Origin: an uncultured delta proteobacterium
GTDB lineage: Bacteria; Myxococcota_A; Polyangia; Polyangiales; B10-G4
Direction of reading: 5' to 3'
Length of the DNA stretch: 64,000 bases
NCBI GenBank assembly: GCA_963727445.1
Contig: CAVSGI010000010.1
Span: 992,001 to 1,056,000 of the forward strand
The position numbers and the translations under genes are program-made. The notes beneath the pieces were generated by a model. It saw nothing but the letters and a program-made list of their open reading frames with translations, was not told the DNA's origin and made no database searches. Each line of letters begins with the position of its first letter. Positions within the stretch are counted from its first letter, which is position 1. Below, one piece after another: positions 36,310 to 46,866 of the stretch.

Positions 36310-37893
36310 TCAGCGCTCGCGGCGACGAAAGGCGAGCATCACCCCGAGCGCGAGCAGCCAGCTCGAGCGCGCGGGCCCGCCGCTCGCGCTGCATCCGCCA
36401 CCTTCCTCCATCATCATCTCCGCGGGCGGCGGCGGGGCGCCGGGCTGGGGCGTGAGGTAGAGATGGCCGGTGACGACCCGGAGCGCGCCGGCGATGAGGA
36501 GCTCCGCGCGGACTCGGCCCTCGTTCATTCCGTAGGGGGCGTCGAGGTCGACCGAGACGTCGAAAGGATTGGCGTCGACGTCGATGAGCGAGACGGGCTC
36601 ACCATCCACCACGAAGCGGAGCTGGCTCCCCATGCCGCCCGTGACCCGAGCGGTGAAGGTCGTCGTCGGGCCCGGCACCGTGTCCCCGGGCATCGCGTCG
36701 CCGGCGGTGAGCTCCACCATCGGGTCGTCGGGGCCCTCGAGCTTCACCACGGTGCGGCCGCGGCGGATGCCCTCGAGGATGGCGTCAGCCGAGAGCCCCT
36801 CTGCGAAGATCATCGTCGTCGGGGAGCCGATCGGACTGTGCAGGGCATCGGTCGACGTGCCGCCGTCGTGGTCGTCGCTCCCGCCGATGGGCGCGATGTG
36901 GGCGCCGGAGTCGAGCATCCCCTCCCACATGTCGATGACCAGCGGGGTGAAGATCGAGCCCGCGGCCGACCAGGCCCCCGTTCCGATCTCGATGGCGTCG
37001 ATCTGTGCGGAATCCACGTCGTGCTTCCAGGCGCAGCCGATGCACGAGAGGCCGAGGTCGAGCGCGGCGTGGTTGATTGAGAAGAGCGCGCCCTGGGCGT
37101 GATAGGCGTCGATCGCGCCGTCGATGGTCACACCCGGCTCACCGATGCGGTGGCTGACCCATTCGGTGGCGCCGATACCGTTCGCGTGCCCGGCGTAGGT
37201 CGTGAACTCCACGCCGGGCAGGAGCAGGATGTCGGCGTGCCGCGCCTGCGCGTCGTTCATCAGCGTGAGCTGGGAGGTGGTGTTGTGCTCGGAGAGCTCG
37301 ACGAAGTCGAGGCCGCGCGAACGGGCGAAGGTGGCGACCTCTTCGAGGCTCGGGTGCGCGTCGCCGCTCTCTCGGGAGTGCACGTGGAAGTCACCCGCAT
37401 AGTAACGAGACTCCATCGCGAGCGGCGCGGCCGGCGCGTACGAGCTCCGCTCGGTCATGGGCGTGAGGGTCGCCTCGGTGCGGAGCGTGATCTCGACGTG
37501 GTACCGCGCCGGCATCTCGACCAACTTCGCCTTGCCCACCACCACCTGCCACTCCCCGGCCGCGATCGGGCCCGGCAGATAGCTGCGCGACGCGGCCTCC
37601 TCTCCGACGATGGCGTTCTCTTCGTTGCCGCCGCCCCACCCTCGAAAGCCGCTGGGATCGTCGATGCCCCAGTCGAGGATGTTCATCTCCGACAGATCGT
37701 CGTGGCTCACCTCGATCTCGACCGTCCCCGCCGGCACGTCGAAGGGCAGATAGAAGAAGTCGCCGTCGGTGTCGGGCACGTCTCCTTCGAGCACGATCTG
37801 CGCCTCTGCGTTCGCGCTGAGCATCAACGAGAGGCCGAGGACGCAGGCAGGGAGCGGACCGCGGAGCAGACGCGTGGTGGCGAGCGAGCGCAT
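36310..37893 (-). CDS. PHP-domain (CehA/McbA-like) metallohydrolase with MYXO-CTERM-like tail
   Basis: GDFHVHSRES, LSEHN, GVEFTT..GHAN, INH, GGSDDH; GGGCSA...RRRER; SD GGAGG. Confidence 0.85.
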   Translation of the reverse strand: MRSLATTRLLRGPLPACVLGLSLMLSANAEAQIVLEGDVPDTDGDFFYLPFDVPAGTVEIEVSHDDLSEMNILDWGIDDPSGFRGWGGGNEENAIVGEEAASRSYLPGPIAAGEWQVVVGKAKLVEMPARYHVEITLRTEATLTPMTERSSYAPAAPLAMESRYYAGDFHVHSRESGDAHPSLEEVATFARSRGLDFVELSEHNTTSQLTLMNDAQARHADILLLPGVEFTTYAGHANGIGATEWVSHRIGEPGVTIDGAIDAYHAQGALFSINHAALDLGLSCIGCAWKHDVDSAQIDAIEIGTGAWSAAGSIFTPLVIDMWEGMLDSGAHIAPIGGSDDHDGGTSTDALHSPIGSPTTMIFAEGLSADAILEGIRRGRTVVKLEGPDDPMVELTAGDAMPGDTVPGPTTTFTARVTGGMGSQLRFVVDGEPVSLIDVDANPFDVSVDLDAPYGMNEGRVRAELLIAGALRVVTGHLYLTPQPGAPPPPAEMMMEEGGGCSASGGPARSSWLLALGVMLAFRRRER

Positions 37894-38090
37894 GGAGACC
37901 TCCAGGATAAGCCAGCAACGTGCCAGGCCGACGCCTTCGGCTCCGTGCGCTCTTTCTGGTGGCCTGGCGCACGAGCGAGAGCAGCCGTCCGTGCGTTCTC
38001 GCCCGACCGGCGCGAGGGTCGTTCATCTTCCGGGCGGTCTGATCGCGGTCTCGGCACCTGTCTCGTCAGCGCTGACGTATGCTCCGCCCG

Positions 38091-40084
38091 ATGCGCGTGG
38101 CCACGACTCTCCTCGTCGCGTTCCTCGCTGTCGCGTGTGGCGACGACGAGGAGCCGGCCCCGGCTCCGCCCGAGGCCACCCGACAGGCGCCCCCGCCCGA
38201 GACCACCGCGCCCGCGGAGCCGACGCCGGCCGATGATTCTCGTCGACTTCGTCGGCGCGGCGAGCGAGATGCACGCGCCGCCCGACGACGCGCCTGCCGA
38301 CGTCGACGTGAACGACGAGCTCGGTGTCGCGGCGTTGGTCGCGGCGCATCGACGCCGGATGACCGAGGAGCGCGAGGCTGCGGTGCACGTCGTGTCCTCG
38401 AACGATCCCCTCGAAGCGGGCCGGAGGCTGTGTGAAGAGGTCGTTCCGCGGCGCCCCCCGTCGACGCCGGTGCTGCTCAAGCCCAATCTCGCCGGCATCA
38501 ACCTCTTGCGCCCACACCGCCTCGACGACGGGATCCTGCTGCGCACGACCAGCATCGACTTCCTGCGCGGCGTCGTCCGCTGCCTGAAGGCGCGCGGGCA
38601 TCGCGAGATCAGCATCGTCGAAGGTTGGTCGCGGCCCGAGCAGCTCGAGGACTGGCAGCGCGCCACCGGCCTCGACCGCCTCCTCGAAGAAGAGGACATC
38701 CACTACTACGGCCTCTACGACGACCGCGGGCCGGACGGAGATTCTCGAGCCGACGCTGGCCGCGCCCTTCGAAGGTGCGACGCGGATCCACAACGGCCTG
38801 AGGATCCCGCGCATCGTCGCCCGCCACCTGCGGGACGGCCTCTTCATCTCGATCCCGAAGATGAAGATGCACCGATTCGCGGTGATGACCCTGAGCATCA
38901 AGAACAACATGGGCCTGGTGGTGCTCGACGGCGCCGAAGCGCCGAGGAGCGGCGCGGGCGGTATGCACCGCGAGATCGGGCCCTGGCTCCACCGCTTCCG
39001 CAGCGAGGACGTGGACGACCGCGACGCCTACGTCGCCGCCCTCGAGACCTTCTCCGAACGCATCGTCGATTTGCTCGAGATCGTGACCCCCGACGCCACC
39101 CTCATCGACGGCATCCCACCGGTGGCGGGGGACGGCTTCGCGCTGATGGAGCCGCTCCCCGAAGGCGTGGCCATCGGCAGCACCAACCCGGTCTTCGCCG
39201 ACGCGGTCGCCCTCGAGTACATGGGCCTGCTCGACAACGCCGATCTCGCGCGCGAGATCCACCACCCCACCTCGCCGCTGATCGAGGAAGCGGCGCGGCG
39301 CTTCTGGGGCAGCACCGACGTGCTTCGCGACATACGCATCGCCGGCGACGACTCCTTCCGTCGGGGCCGGCGCGTGGCGCACTATCGCGCCTTCCCCGGC
39401 TTCGACATAGGGCGCGCGCCCTCGCCCATGGGCGAGCTGCCGTGGATCGCGGCCGCCATGACCGCGCCACGGGCCGCCGAAGCACCCACCATCGATGGCA
39501 ACCTCGACGACGCGGCCTGGGCGCGCGCGCCGGTGGTGCCGATCACCACCGACTGGCGCGGCCGACCCGCTGGCCCCGAGACGCGCGTGCGCGCGGTGTG
39601 GACGCCAGAGGCCCTCTACTTCGCCTTCGACTGCGCCTACGAGACGCTGGCGATCGACGAGGACGCCCCGACCGACGTCGAGCACCCCGCGCTCTATCGC
39701 TTCGATGCGGTAGAGGTCTTCCTCGACGACAGTCCGCGCACCCGCGCCACCTACCGCGAATTCGAGATGGGCCCCGCCGGTCACTACATGGACATCGACG
39801 TCGACCGCGGGCGCCGTCCCCGCGGCGACGTCGCATGGTCGAGCGGCATGACGGTAGCCTCGCGGATCGACGAGGAAGCGCACCACTACTACGTCGAGGC
39901 CTCCATCCCCGCGGCCGCCCTCGGCCGCCCCGCCCTGCGCCCCGCGGAGTACAAGCTCGCCCTCTACCGCGTGAGCGGTCCCTCACAGACGCGGGTCCAT
40001 CAGGCGCGCTTCCCCACCTACACCGATCGCCCCAATTTTCACGTCCCAGAGCGCTTCGGCTGGCTCCGACTGGTCGGGCGCTGA
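38091..40084 (+). pseudogene. Lipoprotein with DUF362 and CBM9-like domains, two frameshifts as assembled
   Basis: Lipobox AVAC; VLLKPNL, ISIPKMKMH..TLSIKNNMG, STNPVFADA; PTIDGNLDDAAW, DAVEVFLD; +1 shifts at about 38238 and 38737. Confidence 0.75.
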
Positions 40085-40129
40085 ACGGGGTGGCGACGCC
40101 GCGTAGCTTGCCCCATAGTCGCGCTCGCC

Positions 40130-40420
40130 ATGGCCCAAGCCGACCCCGATCGCATCGTCCACTGCAAGAAGCTCGACCAGGATCTTCCCGGGCTGGCGAA
40201 GCCGCCCTTCCCCAACGACTTCGGTCAGTGGATTTACGAGAACATCTCCCACCAGGCCTGGGAGGATTGGCTCAAGGAGAGCGTCCGCTACATCAACACC
40301 TATCGCGTCGACCTGTCGAGCAAGCAGGGGACCGAGTTCATGGTGAAGCAGATGAAGATCCACTTCGGCCTCGAAGAGGGCGACAAGGCCGAGACCGCCT
40401 GGGTTCCCGAGAAGGAATGA
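40130..40420 (+). CDS. yggX: Fe(II)-trafficking / oxidative damage protection protein
   Basis: VHCKKL...PPFP..GQWIYENISHQAWEDW...YINTYRVDL. Confidence 0.9.
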   Translation: MAQADPDRIVHCKKLDQDLPGLAKPPFPNDFGQWIYENISHQAWEDWLKESVRYINTYRVDLSSKQGTEFMVKQMKIHFGLEEGDKAETAWVPEKE

Positions 40421-40433
40421 TCCGCGGTCGCCG

Positions 40434-41432
40434 ATGACGGTCGACCTCGATCTCTTCGTGCGCCTCGCCCTCGCGTGCGTTCAACGCGAGTACCCGAACC
40501 AGGTCGCGCTGCGCCTCTCGAGCGACGCGGATCTCCGCCCGCCGCGAGAGCTCACGCCCGCGTTCTACGGCTGTTATGACTGGCACTCCGCGGTGCACGG
40601 CCACTGGCTCTTGGCGCGCGCGGTCCGCATGGGGAGCCGCGAGTCGCGCGCGGCGCGCGCCGCGCTCGCGCGGAGCCTGACCGCGGAGAACGTCGCCGGC
40701 GAGCTCCTCTACCTCGACCCGCGTCCTGGGTTCGAGCGCCCCTACGGGCTCGCCTGGCTCCTGGCCCTTCATCTCGAGCTCGTGACCGCGGGCGACGCGG
40801 AGCTCACGCAGCTGGGCCGGACTCTCGCGCCCCTCGCCCATCTCGCCGCCGCGCGCTTCGAGGCGTGGCTGCCGAAGCTCAGCCATCCCGTCCGAAGCGG
40901 CGTGCACAGCCAGACGGCGTTCGCCATGGGCCTGCTGCTCGACTGGGCGCGCGGGACGAACGCGACCGAGGTCGAGGCGCTCGTCGAGCGCCGCGCTCGC
41001 GACTATCACGGAGAGGATCGCGACCTGCCGCTTCGTCTCGAGCCGTCGGGTGAGGACTTCCTCTCCCCGTCGCTCGGCGTCGCGGACCTGATGGCGCGCA
41101 TCTTCGCGCCAGAGCGCTACGCCGCGTGGCTCGACCAGGCCCTCCCTGCGCTGAGCGAGGACACGCTCGCGCCGGCCCGGGTCACCGACCCGAGCGACGG
41201 GCGCCTCGCGCACCTCGACGGGCTGAACCTGAGCCGCGCCTGGATGCTGCGCACCATCGCCTCCGCGCTCCCCGGTGACGACCTGCGGCGAGACGGGCTC
41301 GACGCGTGTGCCCGCAGTCACGCGCAGGCGGGTTTGTCGGCGATCACCGCTCGCCCCTACGAGGGGACGCATTGGCTCGGCACCTTCGCGACCTACCTCA
41401 TCACACACGCTTCGAGCGCTGGCACACGCTGA
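40434..41432 (+). CDS. DUF2891 domain protein
   Basis: REYPN, PAFYGCYDWHSAVHGHW, FERPYGLAW, EPSGEDFLSP, HLDGLNLSRAW, HWLGTFA. Confidence 0.9.
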   Translation: MTVDLDLFVRLALACVQREYPNQVALRLSSDADLRPPRELTPAFYGCYDWHSAVHGHWLLARAVRMGSRESRAARAALARSLTAENVAGELLYLDPRPGFERPYGLAWLLALHLELVTAGDAELTQLGRTLAPLAHLAAARFEAWLPKLSHPVRSGVHSQTAFAMGLLLDWARGTNATEVEALVERRARDYHGEDRDLPLRLEPSGEDFLSPSLGVADLMARIFAPERYAAWLDQALPALSEDTLAPARVTDPSDGRLAHLDGLNLSRAWMLRTIASALPGDDLRRDGLDACARSHAQAGLSAITARPYEGTHWLGTFATYLITHASSAGTR

Positions 41433-41535
41433 CACGCACCGCGCCGAGCGCGTCGGGGTCGTCGGCGCACGAGGGAAATTGCCCCCGTGATCCGCGCGGC
41501 ACACCGGTTGCACAACCCCACATCGGAGGATGCGG

Positions 41536-42366
41536 ATGGGTGGAACGAAGTCGGTGAGTCTCGGGGTGCTTCTGGTGATGCTGCTCGCGCCCGGCGTCGG
41601 TCGCGCACAGGAGCAGGAGGAGATCGACACGGTCTTCGAACCGCCGCCGAGCGCGGAGATGGAAGCGGCGGCAGAGACGGACGTTGAGCCCGCGGAGATG
41701 GAGGGCGTCGAGGCGCTCCCCCCGCCCCCGCCGACGGCGCGGCTCACCTCCACCTCCAGGCCGAACGTCCCCAGCGGCTATCGCCTCGGTCACGCGCGTA
41801 TCGGCTCGGCTCGTGCGTTCCTGCCGCCGGGGACCGTGGTGCGCACCCCCGGCGAGCCGGTCGACGAGCCCGAGACCGGCTCCCGGATCCCCCGCATCAT
41901 GACCCTCGCCCTCGCCGGCGGCGCGACCATGGTCGGTTCGAGCTTCGGCATGTACGAGGTCGGCTGCGCAACCCAGGGCGGTCACGGCAGCCCGGGGTGC
42001 ATGGCGGTGGGTTTGCCGATGGGGATCGCGGCGTCGCTCTCGCTCACGCCGCTCAGCGTCTTCCTCGCGGGCAAGCTCATGGATGGAAACGGCGGCTACG
42101 GCTGGACGCTCCTCGGCACCGCGGCTGGCACGGCGGCGGGCTTCTTGGGGGCGCTGGCGCTGCTCGCCGTGGGTCAGTTCGGCGACGTGAGCTACGTTCC
42201 GCTGATGATCGGTCCGACCCTCGGCGCCATCATCGCCTATGAGCTCTCCTCCGACACGAGCCGCAGCGCGGTCGAGGCGGCCGAGCGGGCAGTCCACGCC
42301 ACCATCACGCCCACGGTCGCGCCGATGAACGGGGGCGGCATGGTGGGCCTCGCCGGGACCTTCTGA
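41536..42366 (+). CDS. Hypothetical exported/membrane protein
   Basis: SD GGAGG; signal peptide, acidic/Pro linker, Gly-rich hydrophobic segments, C-terminal GLAGTF. Confidence 0.65.
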   Translation: MGGTKSVSLGVLLVMLLAPGVGRAQEQEEIDTVFEPPPSAEMEAAAETDVEPAEMEGVEALPPPPPTARLTSTSRPNVPSGYRLGHARIGSARAFLPPGTVVRTPGEPVDEPETGSRIPRIMTLALAGGATMVGSSFGMYEVGCATQGGHGSPGCMAVGLPMGIAASLSLTPLSVFLAGKLMDGNGGYGWTLLGTAAGTAAGFLGALALLAVGQFGDVSYVPLMIGPTLGAIIAYELSSDTSRSAVEAAERAVHATITPTVAPMNGGGMVGLAGTF

Positions 42367-42484
42367 ACCCAGGCTTTTTCGGCCCTCGGCGAAAAAAATC
42401 GCCCCTCGCCCAAACCTCCGCGCTTCGCCGTTGTCCCAAATCTGAACGCGCGGCCCACGGGAGAGGCGCCGCCGAGGAGGATGA

Positions 42485-44446
42485 ATGGGACGGGCCGATG
42501 AGGACCGCGCCGTCGATGGAGACGTGCGCACGGAGCGTGACGAGAAGCGACGAATCAACATCGTGATGGGCGTGCTGATCGCCCTGCTGGGGTTGGTGGT
42601 GGTGGGAGCCACCGCCTGTGGGGTGCTCGTGAGCGCCGGTGACGAGGCGCCGAGCGTGCAGAGCGCGAGCACCGAGGCCGAGGCCCTTCCCACGCAACCG
42701 GCCACGGCCAACTACGCCCCGGCCGACGACGAGGGGGGACGCTTCGCGCTCGCGGAGGAGAGCGAAGCGGTCGCTGAGCCGGAGGTCGGGTACAACGCCG
42801 AGCCCCGGGCCGGCGCTGGCCGCGCCGGTGGTGGTCCCCGCGGCATGCGGCGCGCGGCCACGCCCCTCATCCCGATCGACCCAGGGTCTTCGGGAGCCGG
42901 GATGGCCGCCGCCCCTCCGGCGCGCGCGCCGCGCCCCCTCCCGCAGAATGGCGTTCTCGCCAACAACTTCGTCGGCGGCAGCGGCGCGTCGGCGCGCCTC
43001 GACGATCTCCTCGAGCGCGGGGTCGAAGTGGACGGCCAGCGCGTGCAGCTCGCCGCCTTCACCGAGCGCGACGACCTCCCCTACGCCCGCCCCTCCAACG
43101 AGGCGGTGGCGCTCCACGCCGAGCTCGAGCGCCCGCGGGTGGACGCGAGCGGCGACACCGTGCACCTGCAGATCGCGCTCATGGCGCGCGAGGGTGAGCT
43201 GCCCCGCCGTCCCCACATGGACATCCGCCTGGTCATCGACCAGAGCGGCTCGATGAGCGGCGAGAAGTTCGTCCATGCGATGAACGCCGCCCACGCGCTG
43301 GTCCGCCGGCTGAGCCCCAGCGATCGCATCGGCATCATCGGTTACCACACCGACGCGAGCGTCATCCTCCCCTCCGGCGCCGTCGGCGACGGCAGCCGGG
43401 CCCACGCCGCCCTGAGCACCATGCAGGTCGGCGGCGGCACCAACATCGACGCCGGCCTGAGCCTCGCCGCCGCCGATCCGCCCCGCCGCGATTGCCCGAG
43501 CGACCTCGGCCTGGTGGTGCTGATCAGCGATGGCCGCGCCACGGACGGGAACGGGGCGCCCAGCTACCTCGGCAGCATCGCGCGGCGCATGTACGACGAC
43601 CACGGCGTGCTCACGACCAGCGTCGGCCTCGGCACCGATTTCGACGAGACCACGATGCTCACCATCGCCCGCGAGGGGAGCGGCTCCTACCACTTCGTGC
43701 GGCGCCCGGCGGACATCACGCAGATCCTCACCGATGAGCTCGAAGAGCGCGCCCAGGCCGTGGCCCAGGCGCTGCGCGTCCGCGTCGTGCTCGGCCCCGG
43801 CGTCACGGCCCGCAAGGTCTATGGCTCGCGGATCCTCTCGGCGCAGGAGCACCAGGCGGTGCGCCGCACCGAGATCGCCACCGACCAGCGCATCGCCGAA
43901 GAGCTGGGCATCGCCCAGAACCGCCAGCACGAGGAAGAGGGGCTGCGCATGCACCTGCCCACCTTCCGCCGCGGCGACCAGCACGTGATCCTGATGGAGC
44001 TCGACGTGCCCGGCGGCCGCGCCACCAGCCGCGCCGGCATCGCGCACGTCTACCTCGACTACAAGGACCTCTACCGCGAGGCCAACGGCGAAGCGGAGCA
44101 GAACGTGGTCGCGACTCGGGTCGCGGACCGCCAGGACGCGATCGCGTCGACCGAGCGCACGGTGAAGCGCACCGTCCTCGCCTTCCAGGCGGGCGAGGCG
44201 CTGCAGCTCGCCGCCGACGCCCTCGCCTCGGGCGACCGCGCGAGTGCCCACACCATCCTCACCGAGCGCGCCGACGTGCTCGAAGCCGGCGCCGAGCTCT
44301 GGCGCGACCCGCTCCTCACGCGAGACGCGCAGCTCCTCGCGCAGTACCAGCGGGTGGTCGACGGGGCGTGGGACCACTTCGGCTACGGCGACCAACGAAC
44401 GCTGGTGATGGCGATGGGCTCCTTCGCGGACCGGAGGATGCGATGA
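42485..44446 (+). CDS. vWA domain protein
   Basis: VIDQSGSM, GGGTNI, LISDG, VGLGTDFDE; N-terminal TM segment; strong SD. Confidence 0.9.
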   Translation: MGRADEDRAVDGDVRTERDEKRRINIVMGVLIALLGLVVVGATACGVLVSAGDEAPSVQSASTEAEALPTQPATANYAPADDEGGRFALAEESEAVAEPEVGYNAEPRAGAGRAGGGPRGMRRAATPLIPIDPGSSGAGMAAAPPARAPRPLPQNGVLANNFVGGSGASARLDDLLERGVEVDGQRVQLAAFTERDDLPYARPSNEAVALHAELERPRVDASGDTVHLQIALMAREGELPRRPHMDIRLVIDQSGSMSGEKFVHAMNAAHALVRRLSPSDRIGIIGYHTDASVILPSGAVGDGSRAHAALSTMQVGGGTNIDAGLSLAAADPPRRDCPSDLGLVVLISDGRATDGNGAPSYLGSIARRMYDDHGVLTTSVGLGTDFDETTMLTIAREGSGSYHFVRRPADITQILTDELEERAQAVAQALRVRVVLGPGVTARKVYGSRILSAQEHQAVRRTEIATDQRIAEELGIAQNRQHEEEGLRMHLPTFRRGDQHVILMELDVPGGRATSRAGIAHVYLDYKDLYREANGEAEQNVVATRVADRQDAIASTERTVKRTVLAFQAGEALQLAADALASGDRASAHTILTERADVLEAGAELWRDPLLTRDAQLLAQYQRVVDGAWDHFGYGDQRTLVMAMGSFADRRMR

Positions 44447-45436
44447 GAGCGGCCGCCGCGGCCGCCGCGTTCCTCTTCGTGATGCTCCTCGTCTCGGGCG
44501 CCGCCGCGCAGGGCCGCGCGTCGATCTCCACCTGGGGGCCGGGCCTCGACGTCGACGCCCTCGCCCAGCGCTCGGGCATCGCCCTCGCCCCCACGACCCG
44601 CGTGACCTTGAGCGGGACCCTCACCTCCACCGTCGATGGCGAGCGCTACGACGCGTTCCACCGCATCACCGACGCCGGGCCCCAGCGCGTGCCGCTGGTC
44701 GTCCTGCCCCCGGATGCGCGCATCATCGAAGAGGACTACGAGGCCCACCGCTACACGGTGGAGATGAAGCGCGGTCGACTGCTCCGCCTCGATCTGCGCG
44801 TGATCGGACAGCGCAGCTTGCACACCGTGAGCGAGATCCGCAGCGGCCTCCGCGGCGCGATCGTGGCGGACGTCGTGGGCGATCCGATCGCGCTGAGCGC
44901 CGCGGCTGCTGGCGCGGGTGCAGAGCCGCCGATGTCTGGAGCCGCCCTCGCGACCTACGGCGCCCTCGCAGCGACGCCGCCGATGCTCCTCCTCGCGTTC
45001 TTTGGCGCGTTCCGCCGCCGGCGACGCCCGGAGCGGGCGTTGATGCGCCGCATCCGGGTGGCCGTCGCCGCCGTTCACCGAGAAGCGAAGAGGCTCGGCC
45101 CCGCCTTCGCGCCGGTGCAGAGCGCCGCCGACGCCTCGCGCGCCGAGGCCGAGCGCCTCTTCCGTGCGCATCAGGGCGCGCGGGGAGCGAAGAGGCGCCT
45201 GCGCGCGATCGGCGGAAGCGGCAACGCACGCTTCGTCGATTCTCGACGGCGCCGAGCGGCAGGCCCTGCAGGAGCTCACCGTCCTCTGCGACCGCCTCGA
45301 GGACACCGCCGTCTCCCTCGCGAGCCACGACGCGCGCCACGCCAATGCCGGTGACGTCGAGTCCGCTCTCGGTTCGCTCGGCGAGGAGCTCGCCACGGCA
45401 CTCAGCGCCGACGAAGAGGCCCGCGCCGTCGCGTGA
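44443..45436 (+). pseudogene. Hypothetical membrane protein with helical C-terminus, frameshifted as assembled
   Basis: ATGA coupling to the vWA gene; signal, TM+RRRRR; +1 shift at about 45205 continues to ...EEARAVA. Confidence 0.55.
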
Positions 45437-45448
45437 GGCCCGGGTCGA

Positions 45449-46369
45449 TCACTCGACCAGGACGGTGAGCTCGTAGGGCATGCAGGCGTTCATCCACGTC
45501 GAGCTGCGGACCTCGATGAAGAGGTTGCCGCTCTCGTCGCCGCCGCCGCAGAAGGTCTGGAGCTGCACCCGCTCCGGATCCTGCGCGGGGTTGTCGGAGA
45601 CGCAGCCCCGACCGAGCGGCCCGTCCATCTCCGACCCCGGAGGCGGCTCGTCGCAGCGCGTCGTGTTCGGCGTGCTGTCACAGCGAAAGAACGCGCCGAG
45701 CGAGAAATCGCTCGCGGGCGGGATGTTGCGGAGCTCGACCCGCAGGGTCGGCGCGGCGGTGCCGGTGTCGCGGACCCGCACCCGGTAGATGTCGACGTCG
45801 GAGTCGGTGTTCAGGGTGAATGCGGAGAAGGTCGCCATGGTGTCCGGCGTGTCCGGCCAATCCATCATCGTGTCGCTCGGAACGAGCAGGTACGCCTGCA
45901 GCTCCTCGTCGTTCGGCTCCGCGTCGTCGACCGTGCAGACGCACTGGTGCATGTCGTCACACATCCGCCCCATCCCGCACATGCCGCAGTCGATGGTGCC
46001 GCCGCATCCGTCCGACACGCCGCTGCCGCACATGGCGCCCGCTTCGGAGCAGCTCTGGGGCGCGCACCGGCAGGTGTCCCCCTCCTTGCGATAGGGCGGC
46101 GTGCACTGGACGTCGCAGAGCCCGCTCGAGGTGCAGGTCGCCATGCCGCCTTCGGTCGGCGCCGGGCACGGGTCGCCGCAACCGCGCCGGCAACCCATCG
46201 ACGGGTCGTTGATCTGGTCGGGGACGCACGAGCCGCTGCAGTCGTGCATGCCGCTCATGCAGGTGATGCCGCCGTCGGTGCGGCCACTGTCGGAGCCGCT
46301 GGTGTCGTCGCCGCAACCCGTCGCGAAGAAGGCCAGGCCGGCAGCGAGGAGGAACAAGAAAGAGCGCAT
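45449..46369 (-). CDS. Cys-rich lipoprotein with PPC-like C-terminal domain
   Basis: Lipobox ATGC; DGCGGTIDCG repeat; EPND...DVDIY. Confidence 0.75.
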   Translation of the reverse strand: MRSFLFLLAAGLAFFATGCGDDTSGSDSGRTDGGITCMSGMHDCSGSCVPDQINDPSMGCRRGCGDPCPAPTEGGMATCTSSGLCDVQCTPPYRKEGDTCRCAPQSCSEAGAMCGSGVSDGCGGTIDCGMCGMGRMCDDMHQCVCTVDDAEPNDEELQAYLLVPSDTMMDWPDTPDTMATFSAFTLNTDSDVDIYRVRVRDTGTAAPTLRVELRNIPPASDFSLGAFFRCDSTPNTTRCDEPPPGSEMDGPLGRGCVSDNPAQDPERVQLQTFCGGGDESGNLFIEVRSSTWMNACMPYELTVLVE

Positions 46370-46384
46370 CCTGCGATTATAGGG

Positions 46385-46822
46385 TCAAACCGCTTCGCAA
46401 GTCAGGACACCGGACATGTCCCGGCAGCGCAGCGCCGGAGGAAAGTCGCTTCCGTCGATGAACGCGAGCGTCACGTCGGTCGCGTTGTTGCGCTGCACGT
46501 CGATGACAAGCCCCAGCGTCCGGTACTGATACATGAACGAGCCGGGTGCGCTCTCGGGGAGATCGGTGGGGTGGACCGCGACCGGCTCACCGAGGATCTC
46601 CGGAGCACCGGAGCGCCAGACGACGTACGTCTCCTCCCCGGTGCCCGCGCAGTCGCCCGCGAGATCGAGGCGCAGGATCACCAGCGGCTCCCTGTCAGCG
46701 GTGTAGACCGGATTGACGTTCAAGAGGTCGCCCTCGAGGGCCGGGCAAGCGTCCGCCCCGGAGCCCCCGTCCGAACAGCCGACGACTGCGAGCGCGAGCG
46801 CCACCATCCACCGCCTAGACAT
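46385..46822 (-). CDS. Hypothetical lipoprotein
   Basis: MSRRW...AVVGC lipobox. Confidence 0.65.
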   Translation of the reverse strand: MSRRWMVALALAVVGCSDGGSGADACPALEGDLLNVNPVYTADREPLVILRLDLAGDCAGTGEETYVVWRSGAPEILGEPVAVHPTDLPESAPGSFMYQYRTLGLVIDVQRNNATDVTLAFIDGSDFPPALRCRDMSGVLTCEAV

Positions 46823-46866
46823 GTGTCCATGGTAGCAGGTGACGCCTGGGCGGGCTGGATCGCGGT

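Noticed and set aside
37910..37925. Sigma54-like TGGCACG-N4-TGGC on the minus strand
   Set aside because: One mismatch, and the implied TSS would fall within the SD a few nt from the ATG
37099..40437. 1112-aa ORF
   Set aside because: Only about 38238-38737 is real (the middle of the frameshifted DUF362 gene); the rest is shadow
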